From NCBI GenBank assembly GCA_019114165.1, contig DXGA01000106.1, positions 1 through 53,528 of the forward strand: DNA of 53,528 nucleotides, written 5' to 3'. Source of the stretch: Candidatus Flavonifractor merdipullorum (lineage in GTDB: Bacteria; Bacillota; Clostridia; Oscillospirales; Oscillospiraceae). Shown one piece after another: positions 17,571 to 25,121 of this stretch (positions within the stretch are counted from its first letter, which is position 1; every line of letters starts with the position of its first letter). Made by a program: the position numbers and the translations under genes. Below the pieces are notes generated by a model that saw only the letters and a program-made list of their open reading frames with translations, was not told where the DNA came from and did not search any database.

Positions 17571-18063
17571 ACTTCATGTCTCCTTTCACCTCAAAGTCCA
17601 GGAAGGAACCGTCTTCCCGCCGGACGGCATAGAGCATGGCGTCGTAGACGGCCTGAGCGGGGCAGCGGTAGCGCCGTTCCTGCCGGTCGAAGGTGGTCTC
17701 ACCGCAGGAAACATTCTGAAGACGCAGCCCTTCCGGCCCACCCTTGTGGAGTACAGCGGTGAGCAGATCGAAGGCGGTACGCACCCCTTCTTCTCCGCTG
17801 CCCATGGCGGCGTAGAGGTCCAGCCCGATGGTAAGGCGCACCCGCTGGCCGTACAGCTCCTGCCAGCTCTGGCTGTCGCCCTCCCAGATCTGGCCCAGAT
17901 AGTTGGAAAATCCGGCGGAGGAGCTGTCGCACTGGCGGAGGGAGACCACCACCACCGGCTCCTCCGTGGTGCGCCCCGCCATGGGGAAGGCGCACAGGGC
18001 GGAGATGCCCTGTGCCTCCAGATAGTCCCGCATTTTTTCGCGTATGGTGTCCAGTCCGGTCAT
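17548..18063 (-). CDS. Neck / tail terminator-like protein
   Basis: Position before the sheath gene; ATG 18063 behind GGAGG, overlapping the upstream stop. Confidence 0.55.
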   Translation of the reverse strand: MTGLDTIREKMRDYLEAQGISALCAFPMAGRTTEEPVVVVSLRQCDSSSAGFSNYLGQIWEGDSQSWQELYGQRVRLTIGLDLYAAMGSGEEGVRTAFDLLTAVLHKGGPEGLRLQNVSCGETTFDRQERRYRCPAQAVYDAMLYAVRREDGSFLDFEVKGDMKCEPCDQS

Positions 18064-18389
18064 ACCTCCTCCTCTCCGGGCACGAGGACGGCCCACCAGT
18101 GGCTGACTGCATCCCCAATGTAGATGGGCTGGGCCTGTACCACGTCATAGCGTATCCCGCCGCACCGCACCTGATCGTCTCCCGCTTTTACGGGAAGAGA
18201 ACCGCTTCCCAGATAGAGGAAGCGGTCTTCCCGCCTGATGCCCAGCGGGGTGGGCAGATTCTGGAGGGTGTCGGTGCTGCGGATGGGCTGTACGAACGCG
18301 TAATCCTCCACACAGCTCCCATCCGCCCGGCGGAGGGTAATGGGCTGCCCGTAGCGCCGGAGGAGAGCGGAGATGGCGCCGCGGTTCAT
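18060..18389 (-). CDS. Head closure (stopper)-like protein
   Basis: 109 aa; YGQPITLRR N-terminus, GDDQV..GG.RY.V; canonical position. Confidence 0.62.
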   Translation of the reverse strand: MNRGAISALLRRYGQPITLRRADGSCVEDYAFVQPIRSTDTLQNLPTPLGIRREDRFLYLGSGSLPVKAGDDQVRCGGIRYDVVQAQPIYIGDAVSHWWAVLVPGEEEV

Positions 18390-18727
18390 CCCCTCACCCC
18401 CCGAAAGGCAAAGCGGACGTCCCGGAGATAGGGCCTTAACACCTCTTCGGCCATCTGCCGCAGGTTCTGAGGCTTGCTTCCGCCGGTCTCCACGGTGAGA
18501 TCACCGGCGGAAAAGCGCGCCACAGTTTGGACGCCCTCCAATCCGGCCAGCGCGGTCCAGGCCGCAGCAATGCAAAAGGCAGAAGCGCAATCCTGCGGGG
18601 AAACGCCCTCTTTCAGCCGTCCGGCCCATTCAAGCTGTGCGGCCCTGACCAGCGTACGCAGCTGTTGGGACTCGCTGACCTGACCCAAGGCCACCGCCAG
18701 AGCCAGGATCTCTTCCTCCATGTCCAT
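18386..18727 (-). CDS. Head-tail connector (adaptor)-like protein
   Basis: Follows the capsid gene; helical, FSAGDLTV hairpin, ..L.PYL C-terminus. Confidence 0.65.
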   Translation of the reverse strand: MDMEEEILALAVALGQVSESQQLRTLVRAAQLEWAGRLKEGVSPQDCASAFCIAAAWTALAGLEGVQTVARFSAGDLTVETGGSKPQNLRQMAEEVLRPYLRDVRFAFRGVRG

Positions 18728-18728
18728 A

Positions 18729-19766
18729 TCAGTCCCCCAGCTTGAGGACCTTGGCCGCGCCGGTGAAGAGCTTGGCAAAGCCGGAGATGGAGGTGATGGC
18801 GGCCCGTTCCAGCTGACGGTCGATGAGCTTATCGTACTCCACCGTCACGTCGCTGCCCTTGACCATTTCCAGGGCGTAATTCTTGTCCAGACCGATGAGG
18901 GTGCCGCTTGCCAGGGCGGAGGTGCGCAGGAGCTTGGCCCCCAGGGGAGTGGCCAGCTGACCGGTGCCCTGGAAGTTGAGACCGGTGAGGGGGTCCTGGA
19001 ACTCGGGCATTTTGAGGAGGGCGCGCATCATATCGCCCGAGACCAGCAGGGTGTTCATCTCGTAGGGATGGAACTGGGCCCAGAAATCCACCAGATCATC
19101 GTAAGTGAGGGTACCGGCGGAGCCGCCAATGGGCTCCTGCCCCACGGTGAAGGTGTCGGCGGGGTTTTTGTTGCCGTCGCCGTTGATGAGCACATCGATG
19201 GCGTCCTCCAGGTGCATCCGGTTGATGTGGGCGCCGATCTGGCGGAGGGTGACGGAGAAGAGGTCCAGCTTCTGATAGCGGATGGCCTCATAGGAGGCCA
19301 CCAGCATGCGGCCCCGCTTGTGGAGGCGGACCAGATTTTCCTGGGTCTTGACCTGGGTCTGGGGGAGGACGGAGCCCTCTTCCACGAAGCGCAGGCGCTT
19401 TTCGTCGTCGTCGGGAACAGAGGTGATGGAGCGGTAATCCAGACCGTCGAAGCGGGTGACGGCGGCGGTGATGTGGGGGATGAGGTCGCTCTCCTCCATG
19501 CCCTGCCGGACGGAGCGGGCCACATACTCGGGGAAGAGGACGGCGGACTGGGCGGTGGAGAAGAACTTCTCCACCACGTCGGAGCCTTCGCCCCGCACCT
19601 TGATGTCAAAGCGCTTGAGCTGGCGCTGGTAGGCGTCCAGGCCCTCCAGGTCGGTACCCTTGTAGCGTTCGGAGGGATCTTCCCGTTCCAGCACCTGGGT
19701 AAAGGTGCGCCCGGCCTCGTTGTACATCCCCTTTTCCAGTCTGAGATTGTCGTAGCGGTAAGCCAT
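18729..19766 (-). CDS. Major capsid protein (HK97 fold)
   Basis: LFPEYV, FVEEGSVLP (E-loop), KRGRML..SYEAI, GDG, LG.KL..T..L; 345 aa; position after protease and decoration genes. Confidence 0.88.
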   Translation of the reverse strand: MAYRYDNLRLEKGMYNEAGRTFTQVLEREDPSERYKGTDLEGLDAYQRQLKRFDIKVRGEGSDVVEKFFSTAQSAVLFPEYVARSVRQGMEESDLIPHITAAVTRFDGLDYRSITSVPDDDEKRLRFVEEGSVLPQTQVKTQENLVRLHKRGRMLVASYEAIRYQKLDLFSVTLRQIGAHINRMHLEDAIDVLINGDGNKNPADTFTVGQEPIGGSAGTLTYDDLVDFWAQFHPYEMNTLLVSGDMMRALLKMPEFQDPLTGLNFQGTGQLATPLGAKLLRTSALASGTLIGLDKNYALEMVKGSDVTVEYDKLIDRQLERAAITSISGFAKLFTGAAKVLKLGD

Positions 19767-19793
19767 AGCAGTACTCCTTTCGTGTGTGGGTGA

Positions 19794-20138
19794 TTAGAGC
19801 AGGATGACGGCGGTCTGGGCGTCGGCGTCGGTCTGGACCACCAGATAGGGAGTGCCCGCGCCTTCGTCGGCCTTCATGCCGCCGGAGCCGTCGGCGGAGA
19901 GCTTGACCCAGCCGGTGGTGGAAACACCGGCAGCCTTGACGGCGATAAAGCCGGACAGCTGCACCGAGGCAAAGCCGTCCCGCACCACCACGGCCATACC
20001 GGCAATGCGCTCCCCGGCGGCGCAGGGGGCCACGGTGCTGTCGTTGCTGACCTTGACCACCTGGCCCATTTTGACGGTCTCGCCGCACTGGAAGGTGGCC
20101 ATCATCTGGCCCACGCCCTCATAGGAAATGGATTTCAT
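19794..20138 (-). CDS. Capsid decoration/cement protein (DUF2190-like)
   Basis: 114 aa; GQVVKV, G.A......ASVQLSG; between protease and capsid genes. Confidence 0.65.
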   Translation of the reverse strand: MKSISYEGVGQMMATFQCGETVKMGQVVKVSNDSTVAPCAAGERIAGMAVVVRDGFASVQLSGFIAVKAAGVSTTGWVKLSADGSGGMKADEGAGTPYLVVQTDADAQTAVILL

Positions 20139-20166
20139 AGTGTACCTCCTTAAAAAGTGTTCCGTA

Positions 20167-21051
20167 TCAGATCAGGAAGGGGTCATCCCGTTCCTGCTGT
20201 CGGGTGGTGTTGTCCCACAGCTGGGGCCCGTCGGGGCAGAGCTTGCGGGCCTGCATCTCGTAGACCTTGCGCAGGTTTTCCAGTTCATCTTCCTCCAAGC
20301 GGCCTGCGATGGCGGTCAGTACCTCGTGGCGCAGCTCGGGCTGGACCATGCCGCCCAGCCGTACCACTTCCTTGCGGAGGGCGGAGAGGTACCGCCGTCC
20401 GGTCTGGGCTTCCCGCTCCAGCTGTTCCAGGCGATCCATTTTCATACCTTTGATAACTCCGGCGTTGACCTGAGCGGGCACCGCCACAAAGGACCACTCG
20501 TAGGCGTCGGTGGCGTCCAGCAGCTCGGCCCAGCAGCGCTTTCCGTCATAGACGCGGCCTTTCACATGGGCGCAGCTCTCCCGGTCATGGATGTCTGCGC
20601 CGCAGATGGAGCAGACCGCTCTGGATACGCTGCACCCCACGGAGACCTCCTTTTTGATGCCCCCTTCAATCTCGGCAATGAGGGAGGCGCTCTCGGGGGT
20701 GCGCAGCATATAGGCCCAGCCCTTCAGGTAGCAATAGGGGTCTCCGGCGGTGGTGTACAGCTTAGGCTCTTCCACCAATTCGGTACGGTAGATGCGTCCC
20801 ACCTGTTCTCTGGCGCTCCAGTTGTGGTCAAAGATACCGCACTTGCCCACAAAGAGGGGGGCCAGCTGTTCCAGGGTTTCTCTGGGGAAGCGCTCGTGGT
20901 CCCGGTCCACCTCGTTGTCGCACAGGCGCACGCAGAAGACATAGACGTCCTCCGCCTTGAGACTGGTGTGATTGAGGGCGTTGAGCGCGTCCAGCTCCTC
21001 CTGGGCGGGGATACCGGCGGCGCCGCTTCCCGCTTCTTTGATTTTCTTCAT
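20167..21051 (-). CDS. Prohead protease with C-terminal scaffold region
   Basis: DRDHERF, FDHNW, I.GGIKKEVSVG (catalytic Ser region), EWSFVAVPA; CSIC...CAH insertion; helical C-terminus. Confidence 0.8.
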   Translation of the reverse strand: MKKIKEAGSGAAGIPAQEELDALNALNHTSLKAEDVYVFCVRLCDNEVDRDHERFPRETLEQLAPLFVGKCGIFDHNWSAREQVGRIYRTELVEEPKLYTTAGDPYCYLKGWAYMLRTPESASLIAEIEGGIKKEVSVGCSVSRAVCSICGADIHDRESCAHVKGRVYDGKRCWAELLDATDAYEWSFVAVPAQVNAGVIKGMKMDRLEQLEREAQTGRRYLSALRKEVVRLGGMVQPELRHEVLTAIAGRLEEDELENLRKVYEMQARKLCPDGPQLWDNTTRQQERDDPFLI

Positions 21052-21064
21052 GGATCATCCTCCT

Positions 21065-22231
21065 TTAGCCCTTTATCTGGGCCATATTCTGTCTGATCTG
21101 CTCTTCCTGGGCCCGATAGAGCCCGGCTCTGGCCTCTTCCACCAGGTCCTGCAAGCTGATGTCGTCCCAAATGATCTCCACCCACGGCTCAAATCCGTGG
21201 ACCCGCAGCCACCACTCGCAGATTCTTTCCACCACCGGCTCCAGGTTGCGCCGGAGTGCGGTGAGCTCACTGGTCAGCATATCGGCCTGCTGGGTGCTCA
21301 TCCGCTCGGTGGAGGACCAGGAGAGACCCAGTAAAAAGGGAGGCACACCGGTGCGTGCCACCAGCTGCTCTAAAATCTGCCGTACAGGGACCTCACTGTC
21401 CAGGATCTGGTTGTCCGCGCCGATGACCTTGATGTCCACATCGCCCACGGCCACGAAATCCCGGACGCTCCCCTCTTTTCCGGCCTGCATGGCGGCGGAC
21501 CACTCCCGGGCGATCTGCTGGCTGCGTTCCTGGGCATAGGCCCGGTCCAGGCTGTCGTTACCGGGCTTGTAGACCACGGCAAAGCGGACGTTGCCCATCC
21601 GTTCCCAGTTCATCCCCATGGCCTGATAGATTTTCAGCAGCACGCCGGTGAGAAATGGCATACTGCGCAGGAGGGACACGCCGTAAGGACTGCCGCTCTC
21701 TGGCTGAAAGGGGGTGAAGAGGATCAGGTCCTGTTGGGGGAGGGGCTGGACGGTGCCGTCTCCCTTTCGGAGACAGAGGGTCATATCCAGCGGAGAGGGC
21801 CCTTCCCGGATCTCAAGCAGCGCGGGGTCGCCGCAGAGGAGGGCGGCCACATCCTTTTTGTCGGCAGAGAGGACGATCTCTCCCACCGCCCGTCCGCAGG
21901 TGAGCATGGAATCCAGATAAGCGTCCAGAAAGGACTGTAATCCCCGCTGTCCTCTGCCGGTGCTGACGGTGCGGAGGAAGTGGTCCATTCCCTTTTGCGC
22001 GGCGGGGTCGGAAGTTCTGACGCGGACGCCGCCGGTGAGGCGTATGAGCTTCAAAATGGCGGCGTCCACAATGGGAACCGCCTCCCGGATACTGCGGTAA
22101 AGGGCCATCTCTCCATTTCTCAGGGGCACATAGCCGTCCAATGCGCCGAAGGGATGGCGCTGGCTGTCCCGGAGCTGTGCCTGAACAGCTTTGGTGACAG
22201 ACGGTTGTTTTTTGCGGTCAAACCAACCCAA
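21065..22231 (-). CDS. Portal protein
   Basis: Position after TerL; PIVDAAI, G.AVGEIV, PYGVSLL, GVPPFLLG; TTG start behind AGGAGG. Confidence 0.85.
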   Translation of the reverse strand: MGWFDRKKQPSVTKAVQAQLRDSQRHPFGALDGYVPLRNGEMALYRSIREAVPIVDAAILKLIRLTGGVRVRTSDPAAQKGMDHFLRTVSTGRGQRGLQSFLDAYLDSMLTCGRAVGEIVLSADKKDVAALLCGDPALLEIREGPSPLDMTLCLRKGDGTVQPLPQQDLILFTPFQPESGSPYGVSLLRSMPFLTGVLLKIYQAMGMNWERMGNVRFAVVYKPGNDSLDRAYAQERSQQIAREWSAAMQAGKEGSVRDFVAVGDVDIKVIGADNQILDSEVPVRQILEQLVARTGVPPFLLGLSWSSTERMSTQQADMLTSELTALRRNLEPVVERICEWWLRVHGFEPWVEIIWDDISLQDLVEEARAGLYRAQEEQIRQNMAQIKG

Positions 22232-22251
22232 AGTTGGGTTCCTCCTTTCTT

Positions 22252-23508
22252 TTAAAAGATGTTTCGTTCCACAAAGCCCACGCCGAAGGGCTGCCGGTGT
22301 TCTCTTGCCGCCACGGTGACGGCAAAATACCGGATCTCATCCATGGCGTGGTCGTACTCCTTGCGCACCCTGTCGCCCTTTGCCCTGGTGTCCCAGCAAT
22401 AGCGGGAAAACTCCCGCATGCTGTCCTCGCACCCCTGACAGATGACCAGCTTTCCCTCCCGCAGCAGCTGGGCGGTGGTGCGTATGCCGGAGAGCACGTC
22501 GTTCTCCGCCTTGACCACCCGCCACCCCTCCCGCCGGAGGGTCTCAATAAAGCTGGCGGCGGAGGGGTCGGCCACCACCAGTTCCACCGGCCGGTCACCG
22601 GCGAGACGCCGGAGGTCGGCGGCATATTCTCCGTCGGTTTTCTGCCTACCCTCCCGTCTGGAGTCGTAATAATACTCCTTGACCCGGTACCAGATGCCGT
22701 TGTTCCGTCCCCACAGTCCAAAGGAAGCGGGGTTGACGGTGCCGTAGTCGCAGGAGATGCACCACCGCTCCATGGGGCCGGGCGGGACGGGCTTGCGCCA
22801 GCTTTCATCGAAGAAGTCGTAGACCAGGCCTTCCGCGGCGGCCCACTCTCCCAGGACGAAGCGGCGGTAGAAGGTACCGCTGTAACTGCGGGCATAGCGC
22901 TCGATGATGTCGGGGGTGAGGGCGGGGTTATCCGCCATGGTAAAGTGGAGATAGAGGACCTTGTGCTCCTCCTGCTTGCAAATCCACTCCTTGTAAAACC
23001 AGTGTTCCGGACCTTCCGGGTTGCAGGAAAACCAGAGGCGGCTGCCGGGGACGGAGCACCGGGCCAAAGCCTGTTCCACGAAGGAGCGGGGCATCAGGGC
23101 CACCTCATCCAGCAGGACGCCGGCCAGGGTCACGCCCTGGATAAGAGCGGCGGAGCTTTCGTCTCTGCCGCCGAAGAGGTGGAAGGTATTTTCCCGCTTT
23201 CCAAAGGAGACGGTAATCAGATTCTGGCTGAGTTTTTCCGTACATCGGAAGCCCAGCTGCCGCAGGGCAGGCAGGAGGGAACGAATGAGGTTGCGCCGGA
23301 GGGAGATCACGGTTTTGCCGCACACGCCGAAGGCGCAGCCGTGGAAGCGGGCCATGGCCCAGCAAAAGAAGGAAAGGCCGGTGCACAACGTCTTTCCCGA
23401 GCGGACCGCGCCGTCACAGATGATGGCTTCTCTGTCCTTCCAGGGAGAAGTCTCGCACCACCAGGTAAGGACGGCGCGCTGTTTGGGGGAAAAGGGCTCA
23501 AACTGCAT
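22252..23508 (-). CDS. Terminase large subunit (PBSX-type)
   Basis: Walker A DGAVRSGKT, Walker B VLLDE, NP coupling region, nuclease acidic motifs CDYG, DPSA, DHAMDEIRY. Confidence 0.95.
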   Translation of the reverse strand: MQFEPFSPKQRAVLTWWCETSPWKDREAIICDGAVRSGKTLCTGLSFFCWAMARFHGCAFGVCGKTVISLRRNLIRSLLPALRQLGFRCTEKLSQNLITVSFGKRENTFHLFGGRDESSAALIQGVTLAGVLLDEVALMPRSFVEQALARCSVPGSRLWFSCNPEGPEHWFYKEWICKQEEHKVLYLHFTMADNPALTPDIIERYARSYSGTFYRRFVLGEWAAAEGLVYDFFDESWRKPVPPGPMERWCISCDYGTVNPASFGLWGRNNGIWYRVKEYYYDSRREGRQKTDGEYAADLRRLAGDRPVELVVADPSAASFIETLRREGWRVVKAENDVLSGIRTTAQLLREGKLVICQGCEDSMREFSRYCWDTRAKGDRVRKEYDHAMDEIRYFAVTVAAREHRQPFGVGFVERNIF

Positions 23509-23803
23509 TCTGGGTGCTTCCCCCATTCTCCAGTGCCTGGAAGAAAGCGGCGGCCTGCCCGTCGGGGTCTTCGGAGAGCTCCAGGGCTTTCTCGGCCAGG
23601 CGGAGCCGGTCTACGAAGCGGACTTCCGCCCCGCCCTTGTCGCTTCTGCGGAACTCCTCCAGCAGGGTAAGGTCGAGGGTGTCGATGGTATCCAACTGCT
23701 GGGGGCTGAGAAAGGCCAGTTTGACGCCGTCATTGGGACGGCTTCTGGCCAGACGCTTGAGCATGCTGCGGGCGATATCTGCCCCGGACTGTTCTTTTCG
23801 CAT
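23498..23803 (-). CDS. Putative terminase small subunit, short (about 101 aa)
   Basis: Overlaps the TerL start; LKRLA...GAEVRFVDRLRLAE resembles the TerS oligomerisation region; start ATG 23803 or 23809 behind AAGGAGGTG. Confidence 0.62.
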   Translation of the reverse strand: MRKEQSGADIARSMLKRLARSRPNDGVKLAFLSPQQLDTIDTLDLTLLEEFRRSDKGGAEVRFVDRLRLAEKALELSEDPDGQAAAFFQALENGGSTQNAV

Positions 23804-23854
23804 TTGCATCTCACCTCCTTGTGGTTTCAATGTAAGGCGACCCGGGGTGAGATT

Positions 23855-23872
23855 TTGCACGTTTGGATGCAA
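23855..23872 (-). promoter_or_regulatory. Dyad motif TTGCA-TCCAAACG-TGCAA upstream of the phage-like operon
   Basis: Inverted 5-bp arms; 17/18 identical copy at 53459-53476 at a similar distance from a start codon. Confidence 0.6.
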
Positions 23873-23890
23873 ATAAGGAAAAAAGAGCAG

Positions 23891-23926
23891 AAAAAAGCCT
23901 CCCGTGCGCGTATGCGCACAGGAGGC
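23891..23926 (-). terminator. Intrinsic terminator of the ispE operon
   Basis: GCCTCCTGTGCGC-ATAC-GCGCACGGGAGGC-TTTTTT on the minus strand. Confidence 0.85.
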
Positions 23927-24201
23927 TAGGCTGTCGATAAAGTGTATTTCTATGATTTATGCTGCAAGTATGCTGCAAGGGCCTCGCAGAGTTCCGCCGT
24001 CCGCAGACGGTGGAAGAGGGTCGAATCGTGTTTTCCGGCGGCGTGTACGTCGGAAAACACTCCGCTCAGCCCACAAGCGTACGCGCTTTGCGCGTGCGAC
24101 GCAGTGGGCTGCATCCCCTCGAAAAAATGCTTGCATTTTTGAGAAGCGTGTCGAAGTTTTTCGACACGCTGACCTCCCGTGCGCGTATGCGCACAGGAGG
24201 C
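23898..24201. repeat. 29-bp direct repeat (23898-23926 and 24173-24201), probable target-site duplication
   Basis: CCTCCCGTGCGCGTATGCGCACAGGAGGC present twice, identical. Confidence 0.92.
23927..24172. mobile_element. 246-bp non-coding MITE-like insertion
   Basis: Bounded by the 29-bp duplication; imperfect inverted ends (AGGCTGTCGATAAA / TTTTTCGACACGCTG); five internal hairpins; no transposase. Confidence 0.7.
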
Positions 24202-24216
24202 GTAAAGCAGTCAGAT

Positions 24217-25077
24217 TCAGATGGTATGGGTGAGGAAGGTGTCCGTATAGCGTACCCGCAGCTCTTCCCAGGCGGTCTGCGTCTTTTTCTGGTCGTCGAA
24301 GAGGGCGAACACAGCCGAGCCGGTGCCACTCATGCAGGCGCCCAGGGCGCCATGCTGGATGAAGACGTGTTTGATGGCGGTGATCTCCGCCTGCTGATGG
24401 CGGGGGAGCACATCCTCAAAGACGTTGTACATCCGGCGGGCCACGCCGCCCAGATCGCCCTGTTCCAGGGCGCAGAGCATCCCTTTCAGGTCGGGCCGGC
24501 GCACCACTTTGACGCTGTCGATGCGCTTGAAGAGGGCGGGGGTGGAGACGGGGAAGGGGGGCTTGCAGATGACGGCGTGGCACTGGGGCAGCTTGGGCAG
24601 GGGGGACAGGATTTCTCCTCTGCCTCTGGCCAAAGCGGTACCGCCCATGACGCAGTAGGGTACGTCGGAGCCCACCTGGGCGGCCAGCTGAATGAGCTGC
24701 TGTTGGGAGCGGCCCAGGCCCAGCAGCTCATTGAGGGCCACCAGAACGGCGGCGGCGTCGGAGCTCCCCCCGCCCAGACCGGCGCAGACGGGCACCACCT
24801 TTTTCAGGGTGATGTCGATGCCGTTCCAGTCCACCCCTGCATCCTCGCAGAGACGGATGGCGGCGGCGGCGGCCAGATTAGTGGGTCCCGTCGGAAGGAA
24901 CGGGAGGTTGGAGGCCACGCGGATGCCCTGGGGACCGCCGGTGGTGATGGAGATCTCATCGCCCAGGGCGACGGACTGCATGACCATGGCCAGGTCGTGG
25001 TAACCGTCATCCCGTTGGGCCAGAACGTCCAGAGTGAGATTGAGTTTTGCCGGGGCCAGGCGCTGGATAGATGCCAT
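24217..25077 (-). CDS. ispE: 4-diphosphocytidyl-2-C-methyl-D-erythritol kinase
   Basis: APAKLNLTL, DGYHDL, PVCAGLGGGSSDAA, GSDVP, MSGTGS. Confidence 0.96.
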   Translation of the reverse strand: MASIQRLAPAKLNLTLDVLAQRDDGYHDLAMVMQSVALGDEISITTGGPQGIRVASNLPFLPTGPTNLAAAAAIRLCEDAGVDWNGIDITLKKVVPVCAGLGGGSSDAAAVLVALNELLGLGRSQQQLIQLAAQVGSDVPYCVMGGTALARGRGEILSPLPKLPQCHAVICKPPFPVSTPALFKRIDSVKVVRRPDLKGMLCALEQGDLGGVARRMYNVFEDVLPRHQQAEITAIKHVFIQHGALGACMSGTGSAVFALFDDQKKTQTAWEELRVRYTDTFLTHTI

Positions 25078-25121
25078 GTCGCTCCCTCATTTCTGTGGTG
25101 TGTGGGGTACGAGGCACGGAT

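Larger units (their letters stand above)
10632..23803 (-). mobile_element. Phage-derived virion morphogenesis operon (head, contractile tail, holin); GTA-like or PBSX-like domesticated element
   Basis: 21 co-oriented, mostly abutting or overlapping ORFs in canonical terS-terL-portal-protease-capsid-neck-sheath-tube-chaperone-baseplate-holin order; no integrase, repressor, replication genes or att repeats seen; housekeeping genes on both sides. Confidence 0.88.

Noticed and set aside
10632-23803. Tailocin, eCIS or T6SS; PICI satellite; complete prophage
   Set aside because: Terminase, portal and capsid argue against tail-only systems; the absence of integrase, primase/replication and repressor genes argues against a satellite or autonomous prophage. 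A decayed prophage is not excluded but is less consistent with the intact, coupled genes.
23898-24201. The 29-bp palindromic repeat as a CRISPR array or prophage att site
   Set aside because: Only two copies, a 246-bp interval, no cas genes, and no copy seen at the holin end; the repeat is the ispE terminator stem.
23904-24329. Small ORFs across the MITE as a transposase or regulator
   Set aside because: Too short, no DDE, HUH or HTH motif, and no RBS.
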